DNA of 60,625 nucleotides from Candidatus Magasanikbacteria bacterium UBA922 (GTDB taxonomy: Bacteria; Patescibacteriota; Patescibacteriia; Magasanikbacterales; UBA922). The notes under the pieces were generated by a model. That model saw only the letters and a program-made list of their open reading frames with translations. It had not been told where the DNA came from and did no database searches. Of this stretch, positions 9,204-18,547 are shown one piece after another (the first letter of the stretch is position 1; each line of letters opens with the position of its first letter). The stretch lies in contig DBDW01000009.1 of assembly GCA_002293825.1 (NCBI GenBank), positions 92,170 through 152,794 of the forward strand, read 5' to 3'. A program made the position numbers and the translations under genes.

Positions 9204-9227
9204 GTCATTCTCGCGAAAGTGAGAATC
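9204..9227 (+). repeat. REP-like palindrome GTCATTCTCGCGAAAGTGAGAATC
   Basis: Hairpin ATTCTCGC-GAAA-GTGAGAAT; related copy at 29966-29989. Confidence 0.6.
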
Positions 9228-9269
9228 AAAAATTGTTAATAAAAAAATAAACTTACAAAAAATAAGAAG

Positions 9270-9300
9270 ACCCCACACCAGCTAAAAGCCAATGTGGGGA
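9270..9300 (-). terminator. Intrinsic terminator of the 9327..9956 orphan
   Basis: CCCCACA...TGTGGGG stem followed by a T-rich tract on the - strand. Confidence 0.55.
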
Positions 9301-9326
9301 TTTACATCACCCGCCTGACAGAATTA

Positions 9327-9956
9327 TCAGAAAGGTTTTGGTTTTGTGCCCATCGAGACCCCCAAGGAGTAAGTGGTCTCGCTTTTTTTGTCGACAACTG
9401 TCAGCCATAACATGACTGACATACTCTCGATGTCTGTGTCCGTCGCTGCAAAAACAGCCCGAGAGGCCGCGATCGCATGCTCTCCCGGAAGGAGTGTCCG
9501 TGCAGGGAGCTGAACCTCTCCCTGAAAAGAATACCCTCCCAAGTACCCACCCTCTTCCATCGATGACACTTGAGTCCGCACCAACACGAGGGAGGTCCAC
9601 ACCTCAACACTAAGAGGAACCACCTTGTTCTCAGCGTTGGGGAAAAAGTACCCCACACGCAAGGACTCTACAACGAGCCCTTCGCCACACCCTCCTTCGA
9701 TTTCGAATGGTGCGTCTACAGAGATTTTGTATTCCCCATCATTATCATGAGGGGTCACCTCCACAGACGCACCTTCTCCGAAGAGAAGGGCCGAGTAGAT
9801 GAGATCACCCTCTTGGGGATAATCAGGGTAAGGTGTACACCCCTCGTCCTCGTCTTCGGGAGTAGGAGTGTACAGAGTGCTACCATTTTTTTCGTGCGTA
9901 TCACACGCACCGAGGAGGCCGAGAAGAACCATCATGATGAACTGCTTGCTGAACAT
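9327..9956 (-). CDS. GC-rich orphan lipoprotein
   Basis: Lipobox LLGAC; SD AGGAGG; composition differs from neighbours. Confidence 0.75.
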   Translation of the reverse strand: MFSKQFIMMVLLGLLGACDTHEKNGSTLYTPTPEDEDEGCTPYPDYPQEGDLIYSALLFGEGASVEVTPHDNDGEYKISVDAPFEIEGGCGEGLVVESLRVGYFFPNAENKVVPLSVEVWTSLVLVRTQVSSMEEGGYLGGYSFQGEVQLPARTLLPGEHAIAASRAVFAATDTDIESMSVMLWLTVVDKKSETTYSLGVSMGTKPKPF

Positions 9957-10045
9957 GAGAACTCCTCCTATTTTCGAGCACAGAGCTCAGGCATAGGTGC
10001 CTACGTTTTTTAATGAACCGGTGTCACCGAAATTGGTAACGAGCA

Positions 10046-10074
10046 AGTATAGCATATAACAAAGATTTTGTCAA
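10046..10074 (-). promoter_or_regulatory. Sigma70 promoter of the orphan lipoprotein
   Basis: TTGACA-17bp-TATACT. Confidence 0.75.
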
Positions 10075-10237
10075 TGCTTTTATATAATATTTTTGCCACA
10101 TACAGCGCAATTTTATATCAAAAAACCATCTTTTCTCCCTATTGAATATCCATTTGCAATACATGAATAAAAAATTCACCATACACACAACATATCCACC
10201 ATTAAAAATGTATTTTTGTATACATTATTCTATACAA

Positions 10238-10307
10238 TGGGGATAAGTATGTGGAAAAGTCCACTTTTTTGGGGATAAGTCATAATTTGTATACACTGGT
10301 ATACACA
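10238..10307. promoter_or_regulatory. Cluster of DnaA-box-like 9-mers
   Basis: TGGGGATAA 10238 and 10270, TGTGGAAAA 10250, GTATACACA 10299; each one mismatch from TTWTNCACA. Confidence 0.5.
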
Positions 10308-10376
10308 AATAGTTTGTATAAAAATCACTTATTTTTGGCTCAATACAGCAAAATAAATTGCATTTACCCAAAACTC

Positions 10377-10405
10377 TTGACCATATATCCAAAATATGCT
10401 ATACT
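10377..10405 (+). promoter_or_regulatory. Sigma70 promoter of the putative ncRNA
   Basis: TTGACC-17bp-TATACT with extended -10 TG. Confidence 0.75.
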
Positions 10406-10411
10406 GTATTT

Positions 10412-10737
10412 GTTGATCTTTGAACATGTGATGTTCGGCCTCGTGCCTCGAACACACCCTACCCGATTAGACTACTCACCGTTCCGATTCGTCGGAATAA
10501 ACACCAACAACAAAAAACAAATACGGTCTGAGTATGGCAGCAATGCCGATTCAACACCCTTTGAGTGGTCAATCAGGATATATTTCTAAGGAAAAGCATG
10601 GCTTTTCTCAAGCCGTCTTAGTCGCTACTCGTGGCGATTGAGAGTGCTTGAGAAAGACCCAAACCCTTAGAAAACTATCGGCCTTCCAGCCACATAGTAT
10701 CATCACTACGGGCCTACGGATGGCCGATTTTTTATTT
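10412..10737 (+). ncRNA. Putative stand-alone structured RNA (~320 nt), family unknown
   Basis: Own promoter and terminator; many helices with G-U pairs, UUCG and GCAA tetraloops; no convincing ORF or SD. Confidence 0.55.
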
Positions 10738-10811
10738 CACTGATAATTCTTGCCTATTATAGTACTCGTCTGCTATACTACAGACACGTTCAATGATAAC
10801 CTACTTGATGT

Positions 10812-11231
10812 ATGACAAAGAAAAATACCGTGGGAATTACAGTGCACCCCGATTCTGGGCTCACCGTGGAATTTGTACAAGAAATGCAACAGGTTCTCCG
10901 AGAACAAAAACAAAAACTAGAAAAAGATCTTGGTGCTTTTACCGTAAAAAATCCACGTGTTCCGGGAGATACTACTGCAATCTTTCCAAAATATGGCACC
11001 GAACCAGAAGACAATGCTCATGAAGTCGAAGACTTTATTACGAATAAATCACTCGAAGAAGTATTGGAAAAACAATTACGCGACGTGGATTCAGCGCTCA
11101 AGCGTATCGACATGGGCACCTATGGTATCTGCAAATTTACCGGTAAACCCATAGGTGAAAAACGTCTTCGAGCTCGTCCGACTTCAAACAGTACCGTCGA
11201 AGCAAAAAAATTCTTGACCGATGAAATTTAA
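10812..11231 (+). CDS. dksA: TraR/DksA family transcriptional regulator with degenerate zinc finger
   Basis: Coiled coil, ALKRIDMGTYGICKFTGKPIGEKRLRARP. Confidence 0.85.
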   Translation: MTKKNTVGITVHPDSGLTVEFVQEMQQVLREQKQKLEKDLGAFTVKNPRVPGDTTAIFPKYGTEPEDNAHEVEDFITNKSLEEVLEKQLRDVDSALKRIDMGTYGICKFTGKPIGEKRLRARPTSNSTVEAKKFLTDEI

Positions 11232-11676
11232 TTTTTCTTCTATCACCACTCTTCACCAGCGCCACGGTATCTTCCTACTCAGTGGCGTTTTTGGTATCGT
11301 GCTCGACCAAGTATTAAAATACACCGCAAGACACCATCCCGAATACACCTATTATATACTCGACCGAATCCTGGGGTGGGAATATTTTGAAAATCCTGGC
11401 ATTGCATTTGGCATTCCCGTGCCTCACACCATCGTGATTCCGCTCACCATAGGAATTATTGCCACCGGGCTATGGTATGCACAAAAATACACGCACACCC
11501 GTACCCAATACCTCGCGCTCACCTTGATTATTGCTGGCGCTTGCTCAAATTTAATTGATAGAATATTATTTGGCATCACCATTGATTACATGAGAATCGT
11601 GACTTCGATTATCAATCTAGCTGATCTGATGGTCATAGGAGGTGTATTACTATTACTCACACATACAAAAAAATAG
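11221..11676 (+). CDS. lspA: Lipoprotein signal peptidase II
   Basis: DQVLK, NPGIAFG, GACSNLIDR, IDY, NLAD motifs. Confidence 0.92.
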   Translation: MKFNFSSITTLHQRHGIFLLSGVFGIVLDQVLKYTARHHPEYTYYILDRILGWEYFENPGIAFGIPVPHTIVIPLTIGIIATGLWYAQKYTHTRTQYLALTLIIAGACSNLIDRILFGITIDYMRIVTSIINLADLMVIGGVLLLLTHTKK

Positions 11677-11738
11677 ATTTGATCGGACATACAATCGTGG
11701 TATACTGCACGTAAACACATAATTTTTAAGGAGGGATT

Positions 11739-13256
11739 ATGTTTACCACTGTTCCATCGGCTGCAGTGCTCGGTCTCGAGTGCGCGCCTATCACTATTGA
11801 GGTTGATATTTCTGGTACATGGCCAGGATTCACTATTGTCGGACTACCAGACACTGCCATACAAGAAGCGCGTGAACGTATTCGTACTGCATGGAAAAAT
11901 ACCAATCTCTCATTTCCTGCAAACAGTAGAATCATTGTAAATTTAGCACCCGCAGACGTGCGAAAAGAAGGTTCTGCCTACGACCTCCCAATTGCTTTGG
12001 GAATGTTTTTGTCTGCAGAAAAAATTACGTATGATCTCTCGACATCTCTATTTGTGGGAGAACTCGCGCTCGATGGTAGTCTGAGACACACTGCGGGAAT
12101 TCTACCACTTGCAATTTATGCACAATCACACCATATCACTTCCATATTTGTACCACAGATAAACGCAGAAGAAGCGTCAATCGTACCTAATACGACAGTG
12201 TATCCCGTGACTTCATTCGCAGAACTCATCGACCATATTACAGGCAAAAAACAAATCAAACCTCAACCAAAAGCAGATATTGCACAATGGACACACACCT
12301 ATGCACACGATCTCGACATGTCTCTCATAAAAGGACAAGAGTTCACCAAACGAGGTCTTGAAATTGCAGCAGCGGGGGCACACAACATCATACTCAATGG
12401 ACCTCCTGGCTCAGGAAAAACATTGCTCGCTCGCACCCTATCTTCAATACTTCCACGTATGACCGTGGACGAAATGATCGAGGTGACCAAAATTTATTCA
12501 GTCGCAGGATTATTGCCGAGCGATCGACCAATCATTTCTACACGTCCATTTAGAGCACCTCATCACAGTGCGTCAGGAGTAGCACTCGTAGGTGGAGGAA
12601 AATTTCCCAAACCAGGAGAAATATCCCTCGCTCATCGTGGCGTGTTGTTTCTCGATGAATTTCCAGAATTTCCTCGAACCGTTTTAGAAAATTTACGCCA
12701 ACCTCTCGAAGACGGACTCATCACCATATCACGTGCACAAGGAACCCTCTCATTCCCAGCACGATTTTCACTCGTAGCAAGTCAAAACCCGTGTCCTTGC
12801 GGATACGCCACCGACACTGTACGTCCCTGTACGTGTGCACCCATGCAAATTGAACGGTACAAGAAAAAAATAAGTGGCCCCCTACTAGATCGAATAGACC
12901 TACACGTAGAAGTTCCACGTGTCGAATTTGAAAAACTTTCCAGTAACGAGCTAAGTGAATCTTCAGAAATAATACGAGAACGAGTAGAAAAAGCTCGAGA
13001 ACGACAGACACGTCGGTTTTCACACCTTTCAATAGAAACGAATGCTGAAATGAAAAATAAAGAACTTAAAGAGTTTTGCACACTAAATGAAACATCACTC
13101 GAACTCATGCGCCACGCAGTGTCACAGATGAATCTTTCAGCTCGTAGTTATCATCGATTATTAAAAGTTGCTCGCACCATTGCCGATCTTGCAGACGAAG
13201 ACATGATCAAAACAGAACATATCGCTGAAGCATTACAATTCCGCACAAAACTATAA
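11739..13256 (+). CDS. comM: YifB/ComM Mg-chelatase-like AAA+ ATPase (competence helicase)
   Basis: IVGLPDTAIQEARERIR, NLAPADVRKEGSAYDLPIA, GPPGSGKT, PGEISLAHRGVLFLDE, NPCPCG. Confidence 0.95.
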   Translation: MFTTVPSAAVLGLECAPITIEVDISGTWPGFTIVGLPDTAIQEARERIRTAWKNTNLSFPANSRIIVNLAPADVRKEGSAYDLPIALGMFLSAEKITYDLSTSLFVGELALDGSLRHTAGILPLAIYAQSHHITSIFVPQINAEEASIVPNTTVYPVTSFAELIDHITGKKQIKPQPKADIAQWTHTYAHDLDMSLIKGQEFTKRGLEIAAAGAHNIILNGPPGSGKTLLARTLSSILPRMTVDEMIEVTKIYSVAGLLPSDRPIISTRPFRAPHHSASGVALVGGGKFPKPGEISLAHRGVLFLDEFPEFPRTVLENLRQPLEDGLITISRAQGTLSFPARFSLVASQNPCPCGYATDTVRPCTCAPMQIERYKKKISGPLLDRIDLHVEVPRVEFEKLSSNELSESSEIIRERVEKARERQTRRFSHLSIETNAEMKNKELKEFCTLNETSLELMRHAVSQMNLSARSYHRLLKVARTIADLADEDMIKTEHIAEALQFRTKL

Positions 13257-13272
13257 TCCACGAACAAGCACG

Positions 13273-14667
13273 TTATTTTCGTACATACGATAATGGATTC
13301 TGATACTTGTTATTTACACGAATTTCAAAATGAAGGTGTGGCCCCGTCGATCGCCCAGTGTTTCCGACGAGTGCAATTGTCTCACCCTGTGCCACCACAT
13401 CTCCCACTTCAACAAACATTTTTGAAGCATGTCCATACCATGACACTACCCCACCACCGTGATCAATTTTGATATAACACCCATATCCCCCATTCCATCC
13501 ACACTGTGACGTAATCACCGTACCAGCCTTAGTAGCATAAATAGCCAATCCTTCTTTTCCTGCGATATCTACTCCAGTGTGACGCAAACCAAAATATTGA
13601 GTAATTATTGTAGCCTGTGTCGGCCAAATATACCCACTTCCGGCAGGAGCATCTACAGATGGTGGTGGTGCGCTCACCGTATCGATTGCATCAGGAGACC
13701 CGAGTAGGACAGTCGTTTTTGGCGGTGTTACTTGTTGTACAATTCTAGGTCGTGTTCCACCAGGAACAATTATTTGTGTTCCTACGCCAAGGGTAGCACC
13801 ACTTTCTTCAAGCTCATTGAACTCGACAATCGTATCGACACTTCCACTGTACGTACGTGCAATTTTAGACAATGTATCTCCTCGCACCACAGTATGTACA
13901 ACACCATCAACAGGTAAAATTATCAATTTTTGCCCCGGACGAATATACGACCGAGCAGTCAAATTATTGGCAGTAAGGATCGTTTCTGCGGTTATCCCAA
14001 AACGGGCAGCAATAGCGCCAAGCACATCTCCTTCTTGCACCTCATACGTCACCACCTCATTGCGAACAGACCCTGGAACAGCAGTTTGATCAGGATCGGT
14101 AAGTCCATAATCAACACCGGGCATCAGTATCGGTTTGGTCAACGCACTACCACCCGCAACAATTCCCACAAAATCAGTGGGTTGACGAGGAGTCAATCCT
14201 GTAGCATCACCACCATATACTGCGACCTGTCTCCACGATTCGTTTGAAGTAATCAGAGGTGTATCAGTACCGCTCACAATCTCATCAAGTGTATATGCCT
14301 GATCCCCTGGTCCGACCAAGGCATACAGAATCGTATTTCGCCCAGCGATCTCATCATAGCTTTTGGTATACAATCTACTATGAGGATACATGATTGATAG
14401 TGCTATCACTAATAATACAAATTGTAAAAATCCTCGACGACCTACAATATTAAGAATTCCTTCTTGTTTTTTCCATGAAAACTTTTGAATTTTTTTTGAA
14501 ATTCGTTCACTTGTGCGATAAATATAAAAACCGACCGTACGTAAATACGCACGATTGATAGACAGGATTAGCACCCAAACAAAACCAAGTATCCAAAACA
14601 CAAAGCGTTTCACATACATGATCGCTCTCATGAGTACTAACAAAACATGATACCAATTAATATGCAT
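13273..14667 (-). CDS. LysM + M23 family peptidoglycan endopeptidase
   Basis: Two LysM repeats (YEVQEGDVL, HTVVRGDTL); HTGVDIA, YGH, STGPHLHFE. Confidence 0.92.
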   Translation of the reverse strand: MHINWYHVLLVLMRAIMYVKRFVFWILGFVWVLILSINRAYLRTVGFYIYRTSERISKKIQKFSWKKQEGILNIVGRRGFLQFVLLVIALSIMYPHSRLYTKSYDEIAGRNTILYALVGPGDQAYTLDEIVSGTDTPLITSNESWRQVAVYGGDATGLTPRQPTDFVGIVAGGSALTKPILMPGVDYGLTDPDQTAVPGSVRNEVVTYEVQEGDVLGAIAARFGITAETILTANNLTARSYIRPGQKLIILPVDGVVHTVVRGDTLSKIARTYSGSVDTIVEFNELEESGATLGVGTQIIVPGGTRPRIVQQVTPPKTTVLLGSPDAIDTVSAPPPSVDAPAGSGYIWPTQATIITQYFGLRHTGVDIAGKEGLAIYATKAGTVITSQCGWNGGYGCYIKIDHGGGVVSWYGHASKMFVEVGDVVAQGETIALVGNTGRSTGPHLHFEIRVNNKYQNPLSYVRK

Positions 14668-14776
14668 ATTCAGTACTTGGTATACTACCCCAAAAAGACT
14701 CTTTTTTCAACCTTAGATCACACTCTTGAAAAATGATCATGCGTATGGTATTCTAGTGTTGTTTAAGAGAAAAAAT

Positions 14777-14848
<72 letters not shown>

Positions 14849-14855
14849 CAATATA

Positions 14856-14884
14856 AAACACTCCCCGACATGAGGGAGTGTTTT
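14856..14884. terminator. Bidirectional terminator between tRNA-Cys and the 3D-domain gene
   Basis: AAAACACTCCC...GGGAGTGTTTT. Confidence 0.75.
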
Positions 14885-14888
14885 ATTA

Positions 14889-15428
14889 TTATCTTGAGAA
14901 GATTTCCATAGTGACCTTCTTCACACCAAACTGTTTTGCTTCTGCTTTGGTAGGCATCCAAATATCACCTCGACCCATACCATAGCGCGCATTCATACGA
15001 TCACGTACGGTAAAAACCTTGTCACCATATAAATCCGGAAAACGAACTTTTGTACCGAGTGGTAAAAAATTTGCTGCAATAGTGTCCTGCTCACCATATT
15101 TCTCATATTGTTCACACAAGTTGTATTTCCAATCAGCAGGAATACACGGCGTACTGTCAGTCTGAGCAACCTCACTTGAGTATGCCGTCATTACCGCGGT
15201 AATCACTCGAGTAGGCTTACGATCTTCTACTTCAGGAAACACATTAGGCTCCACCTCGTCAGCAATCACTTCTTCTGAAGAAAAAATTCGTACAATACCT
15301 TTGAGCGCAGATCGTACCGCACCTGTCTCAGCATGTACCACATGAGGAGCAAGCAACGGAACCACAAGCATGGCACTGAACATCATGATAACCATTGCTT
15401 TCTGTGTAGAATATGTTATTTTAGCCAT
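14889..15428 (-). CDS. 3D-domain (lytic transglycosylase-like) secreted protein
   Basis: Signal peptide; MTAYSS..QTDSTPC, IAANFLPLGTKV, VRDRMNARY, DIWM..AKQFG. Confidence 0.88.
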   Translation of the reverse strand: MAKITYSTQKAMVIMMFSAMLVVPLLAPHVVHAETGAVRSALKGIVRIFSSEEVIADEVEPNVFPEVEDRKPTRVITAVMTAYSSEVAQTDSTPCIPADWKYNLCEQYEKYGEQDTIAANFLPLGTKVRFPDLYGDKVFTVRDRMNARYGMGRGDIWMPTKAEAKQFGVKKVTMEIFSR

Positions 15429-15600
15429 ATATGTCGTATACTTACCCTCGGAACATGTGCCCGAAGGGTTCCCATAGAGTCCTAATCAAAAAGATACTAG
15501 TGTCTAGTATCTTGCGTTTGGGAACGGCCTATAGTACCATAAAAACACCTTTTTGTCAAGGGTTTGACCTAAATAAAGGCTTATTTAAGCCAAAAAAGTT

Positions 15601-18495
15601 ATGCCTATTCCACGCCTAAAAACCAGAAGCTATGGTTATCTGACTGGTCGTGATCTTTCAAGACTACCTCCCACCTCTGATCGAGGTAATGACCAGCGAA
15701 ACAAGAAAAAAAGAAAAATTTTTAGTAAAAAAAATATTTTACTCTCTATTTTTGTTCTTGGGGTAGTAGGATTTGTGAGCATGACCATTCTAGTAGCCTG
15801 GGCAAGCAAAGACCTTCCTGATCCAAACCGTCTTACTGACCGAGAAATTGCTCAAAGTACTAAAATTTATGATCGTACAGGTGAACAGTTGCTCTATGAA
15901 ATTTTTGCTGATGAAAAACGAACTCTTATACAATTAGAAGATATTCCTAAAAATTTGATAAACGGTGTAATCTCAATCGAAGACAAAACTTTCTATCAAC
16001 ACAAAGGCATTCGTCCACTCAGTATTATTAAAGTGGTTATTCAAGGTGCACTAAGTAGCGGAAGGACACGGGGAGCATCGACACTGACTCAACAGCTCGT
16101 AAAAAATGCCATCCTCACCAACGACCGATCAGTAATGCGAAAAGTAAAAGAATGGATCCTCTCAATTCGCCTCGAGCAAAAATATAGCAAGGAACAGATT
16201 CTACAAATTTATTTCAATGAAATTCCCTACGGATCCACGAACTATGGAGTGCAGTCCGCAGCACAAAGCTACTTCGGAAAAAACGTCCAAGATCTTACAC
16301 TCGCTGAATCAGCAGCATTAGCTGGTCTCCCTCAGCTACCTACTCGATATCTAAATAATCTTGAAGCGTTCAAAAACCGCCGAAATTTAGTATTAGAAGA
16401 AATGTATCGCGATGGACACATCAGTGAAGAAGAAAAAAATAGCGCACAGGCAGAAGAATTGGTTATCAAACCCATCACCTACAACATTCAAGCTCCTCAC
16501 TTTGTACTCTATGTAAAACAATTACTCGTAGATAAGTACGGTGAAGCACTCACCGAACGAGGTGGATTAAAAGTTATCACAACACTCGACTGGGACAAAC
16601 AACAAATTGCAGAAAAAGTTATTAGTGGAGAAGAAGGGGTAAAGACCCTTGCAGACGCAGGTGCAAACAATGCATCGCTTGTGGCAATTGACCCAAAAAC
16701 TGGACAGGTATTAGCAATGGTGGGTTCACGAGATTTTTATGACGAAGAAATCGACGGACAATTCAATGTAGCCACATTAGGAAAACGCCAGCCAGGTTCA
16801 TCATTTAAACCAATCATCTATACGGCAGCATTCGAAAAAGGATACACACCAGACACCATTCTCTACGATGTGTTGACCAATTTCAACCCTGGAGGTATCA
16901 AACCTTATATTCCTACCAATTATACACTTAAAGAATACGGTCCACTCACCATGCGCCAAGCACTCGCAGGATCTCTGAATATTCCTGCAGTAAAAACACT
17001 GTACCTTATTGGTGGAGCTAAAAGCGGAATTGATTTTGCAAAACGACTCGGATACACCACTCTTGATACTACCGAAGACTGTGGATTGGCATTGGTACTT
17101 GGGTGCGGAGGAGTAACCGTGCTTGAACACACCAATGCATATGCAACACTTGCGAATAACGGAACTCGTCATGAGACGGTCAGCATTCTCCGTGTAGAAG
17201 ATACTACCGGAAAAGTTTTAGAAGAGTGGAAAAAAGAAAAAGGAAGCCAGGTACTTGCACCTGAAGTGGCACATACCATCAATAATGTACTGAGTGACGA
17301 CAGTGCTCGAGCTTACATTTTCGGATCAGGAGGCATACTCACACTCCCTGGACGACAGGTTGCAGCAAAAACTGGTACGACCAATAACTATATTGATGCA
17401 TGGACAATAGGATACACTCCCAGTCTTGCAGTAAGTGTGTGGACCGGAAACACCAATAACACTTCAATGAAATCAGGATCAAGTGGCAGCATGCTTGCAG
17501 CGCAATTATGGAGCCGTTTTATGCGAGAAGCGGTAAAAAGTATGCCTGTAGAATCATTTCCACCTTCTCCCCCAAATACTGCTGACAAGCCCGTATTAAA
17601 AGGATCTACCGAAGGATCGGTAAAAGTGCTGGTAAATAAAGTAACAGGAAAACTTGTATCAAGCTCAACACCAGAAAACTTAATCGAAGAAAGAACCTAT
17701 CTACAACCACACGAAATCCTTCATTATCTCGACAAAAATAACCCTCGTGGACCAGCTCCTGAAAACCCTCAACAAGATCCACAGTATGAATCATGGGAAA
17801 AAGGAATTCAGGAGTGGATCGAACGAAAACGCATCGAAGACCCTACGTGGAATCCTAATTTTGGTGAACCACCAACAGAATACGATGATGCATATTCACT
17901 CGAACTCATTCCCACACTTGAAGTGATATTTCCAAAAGCTGGTAGCGTACTCACTTCACGAAATATTGAAACAAATATCAATGTATCAGCTCCGCGAGGG
18001 GTGTCAAAAGTAACATACAGACTCAATGGCGTTTATGTAGGTGTACAGCGTACACACCCCTTTAACCTATCATACATTGCAGACACGCTGAACAAAGGAG
18101 AACACACCCTAACGATAATCGTTGAAGACGATATTGGAAATAGAATTGAAGAAAACATTCCATTTATCCTCAACGTATCAACAGAAGCTCCCTCAGTCTC
18201 GTTTGGATCACGATCCTATACCATTCCCCAAACAGGATTTCCCACAGAAATTACTCTCTCGTATCAAAAAATTGAAGATATAAAACAATTAATGATATAT
18301 CTCACAGCTTCACAAGGAGGAAGTGAGACTATCGTATCAGGAATTACCAATCTTCAAAATTCAATACGCAATGGCAAACTTACCATTCCATGGTATGAAA
18401 CACCACTAAAAGGAAATTACATCTTGAGTGCCGAAATCACAACAACAAATGGAAACACCGTAACAGTAGATGAAGTTCCTGTAGAAGTAAAATAA
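15601..18495 (+). CDS. Class A penicillin-binding protein (PBP1A family) with C-terminal Ig-like domains
   Basis: Transglycosylase EDKTFYQH, GASTLTQQL, RKVKE; transpeptidase SSFK, SLN, KTG. Confidence 0.95.
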   Translation: MPIPRLKTRSYGYLTGRDLSRLPPTSDRGNDQRNKKKRKIFSKKNILLSIFVLGVVGFVSMTILVAWASKDLPDPNRLTDREIAQSTKIYDRTGEQLLYEIFADEKRTLIQLEDIPKNLINGVISIEDKTFYQHKGIRPLSIIKVVIQGALSSGRTRGASTLTQQLVKNAILTNDRSVMRKVKEWILSIRLEQKYSKEQILQIYFNEIPYGSTNYGVQSAAQSYFGKNVQDLTLAESAALAGLPQLPTRYLNNLEAFKNRRNLVLEEMYRDGHISEEEKNSAQAEELVIKPITYNIQAPHFVLYVKQLLVDKYGEALTERGGLKVITTLDWDKQQIAEKVISGEEGVKTLADAGANNASLVAIDPKTGQVLAMVGSRDFYDEEIDGQFNVATLGKRQPGSSFKPIIYTAAFEKGYTPDTILYDVLTNFNPGGIKPYIPTNYTLKEYGPLTMRQALAGSLNIPAVKTLYLIGGAKSGIDFAKRLGYTTLDTTEDCGLALVLGCGGVTVLEHTNAYATLANNGTRHETVSILRVEDTTGKVLEEWKKEKGSQVLAPEVAHTINNVLSDDSARAYIFGSGGILTLPGRQVAAKTGTTNNYIDAWTIGYTPSLAVSVWTGNTNNTSMKSGSSGSMLAAQLWSRFMREAVKSMPVESFPPSPPNTADKPVLKGSTEGSVKVLVNKVTGKLVSSSTPENLIEERTYLQPHEILHYLDKNNPRGPAPENPQQDPQYESWEKGIQEWIERKRIEDPTWNPNFGEPPTEYDDAYSLELIPTLEVIFPKAGSVLTSRNIETNINVSAPRGVSKVTYRLNGVYVGVQRTHPFNLSYIADTLNKGEHTLTIIVEDDIGNRIEENIPFILNVSTEAPSVSFGSRSYTIPQTGFPTEITLSYQKIEDIKQLMIYLTASQGGSETIVSGITNLQNSIRNGKLTIPWYETPLKGNYILSAEITTTNGNTVTVDEVPVEVK

Positions 18496-18535
18496 TTAAA
18501 AATCCTGTCTCCATTGAGACAGGATTTTTAATTAT
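18492..18535. terminator. Bidirectional terminator (20-bp stem) between pbp1A and dnaN
   Basis: ATAATTAAAAATCCTGTCTC-CATT-GAGACAGGATTTTTAATTAT. Confidence 0.85.
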
Positions 18536-18547
18536 AAAACGTTGTTA

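Noticed and set aside
10251-10589. 112-aa ORF across the ncRNA region
   Set aside because: It spans the DnaA boxes and promoter, has no SD and no protein-like character; the region is better explained by RNA structure.
10412-10737. tmRNA, RNase P RNA, SRP RNA or T-box identity for the structured RNA
   Set aside because: No tRNA-like ends or T-loop/CCA, no GAGGAAAGUCC, no SRP GGAA loop motif and no UGGNACC T-box seen on either strand.
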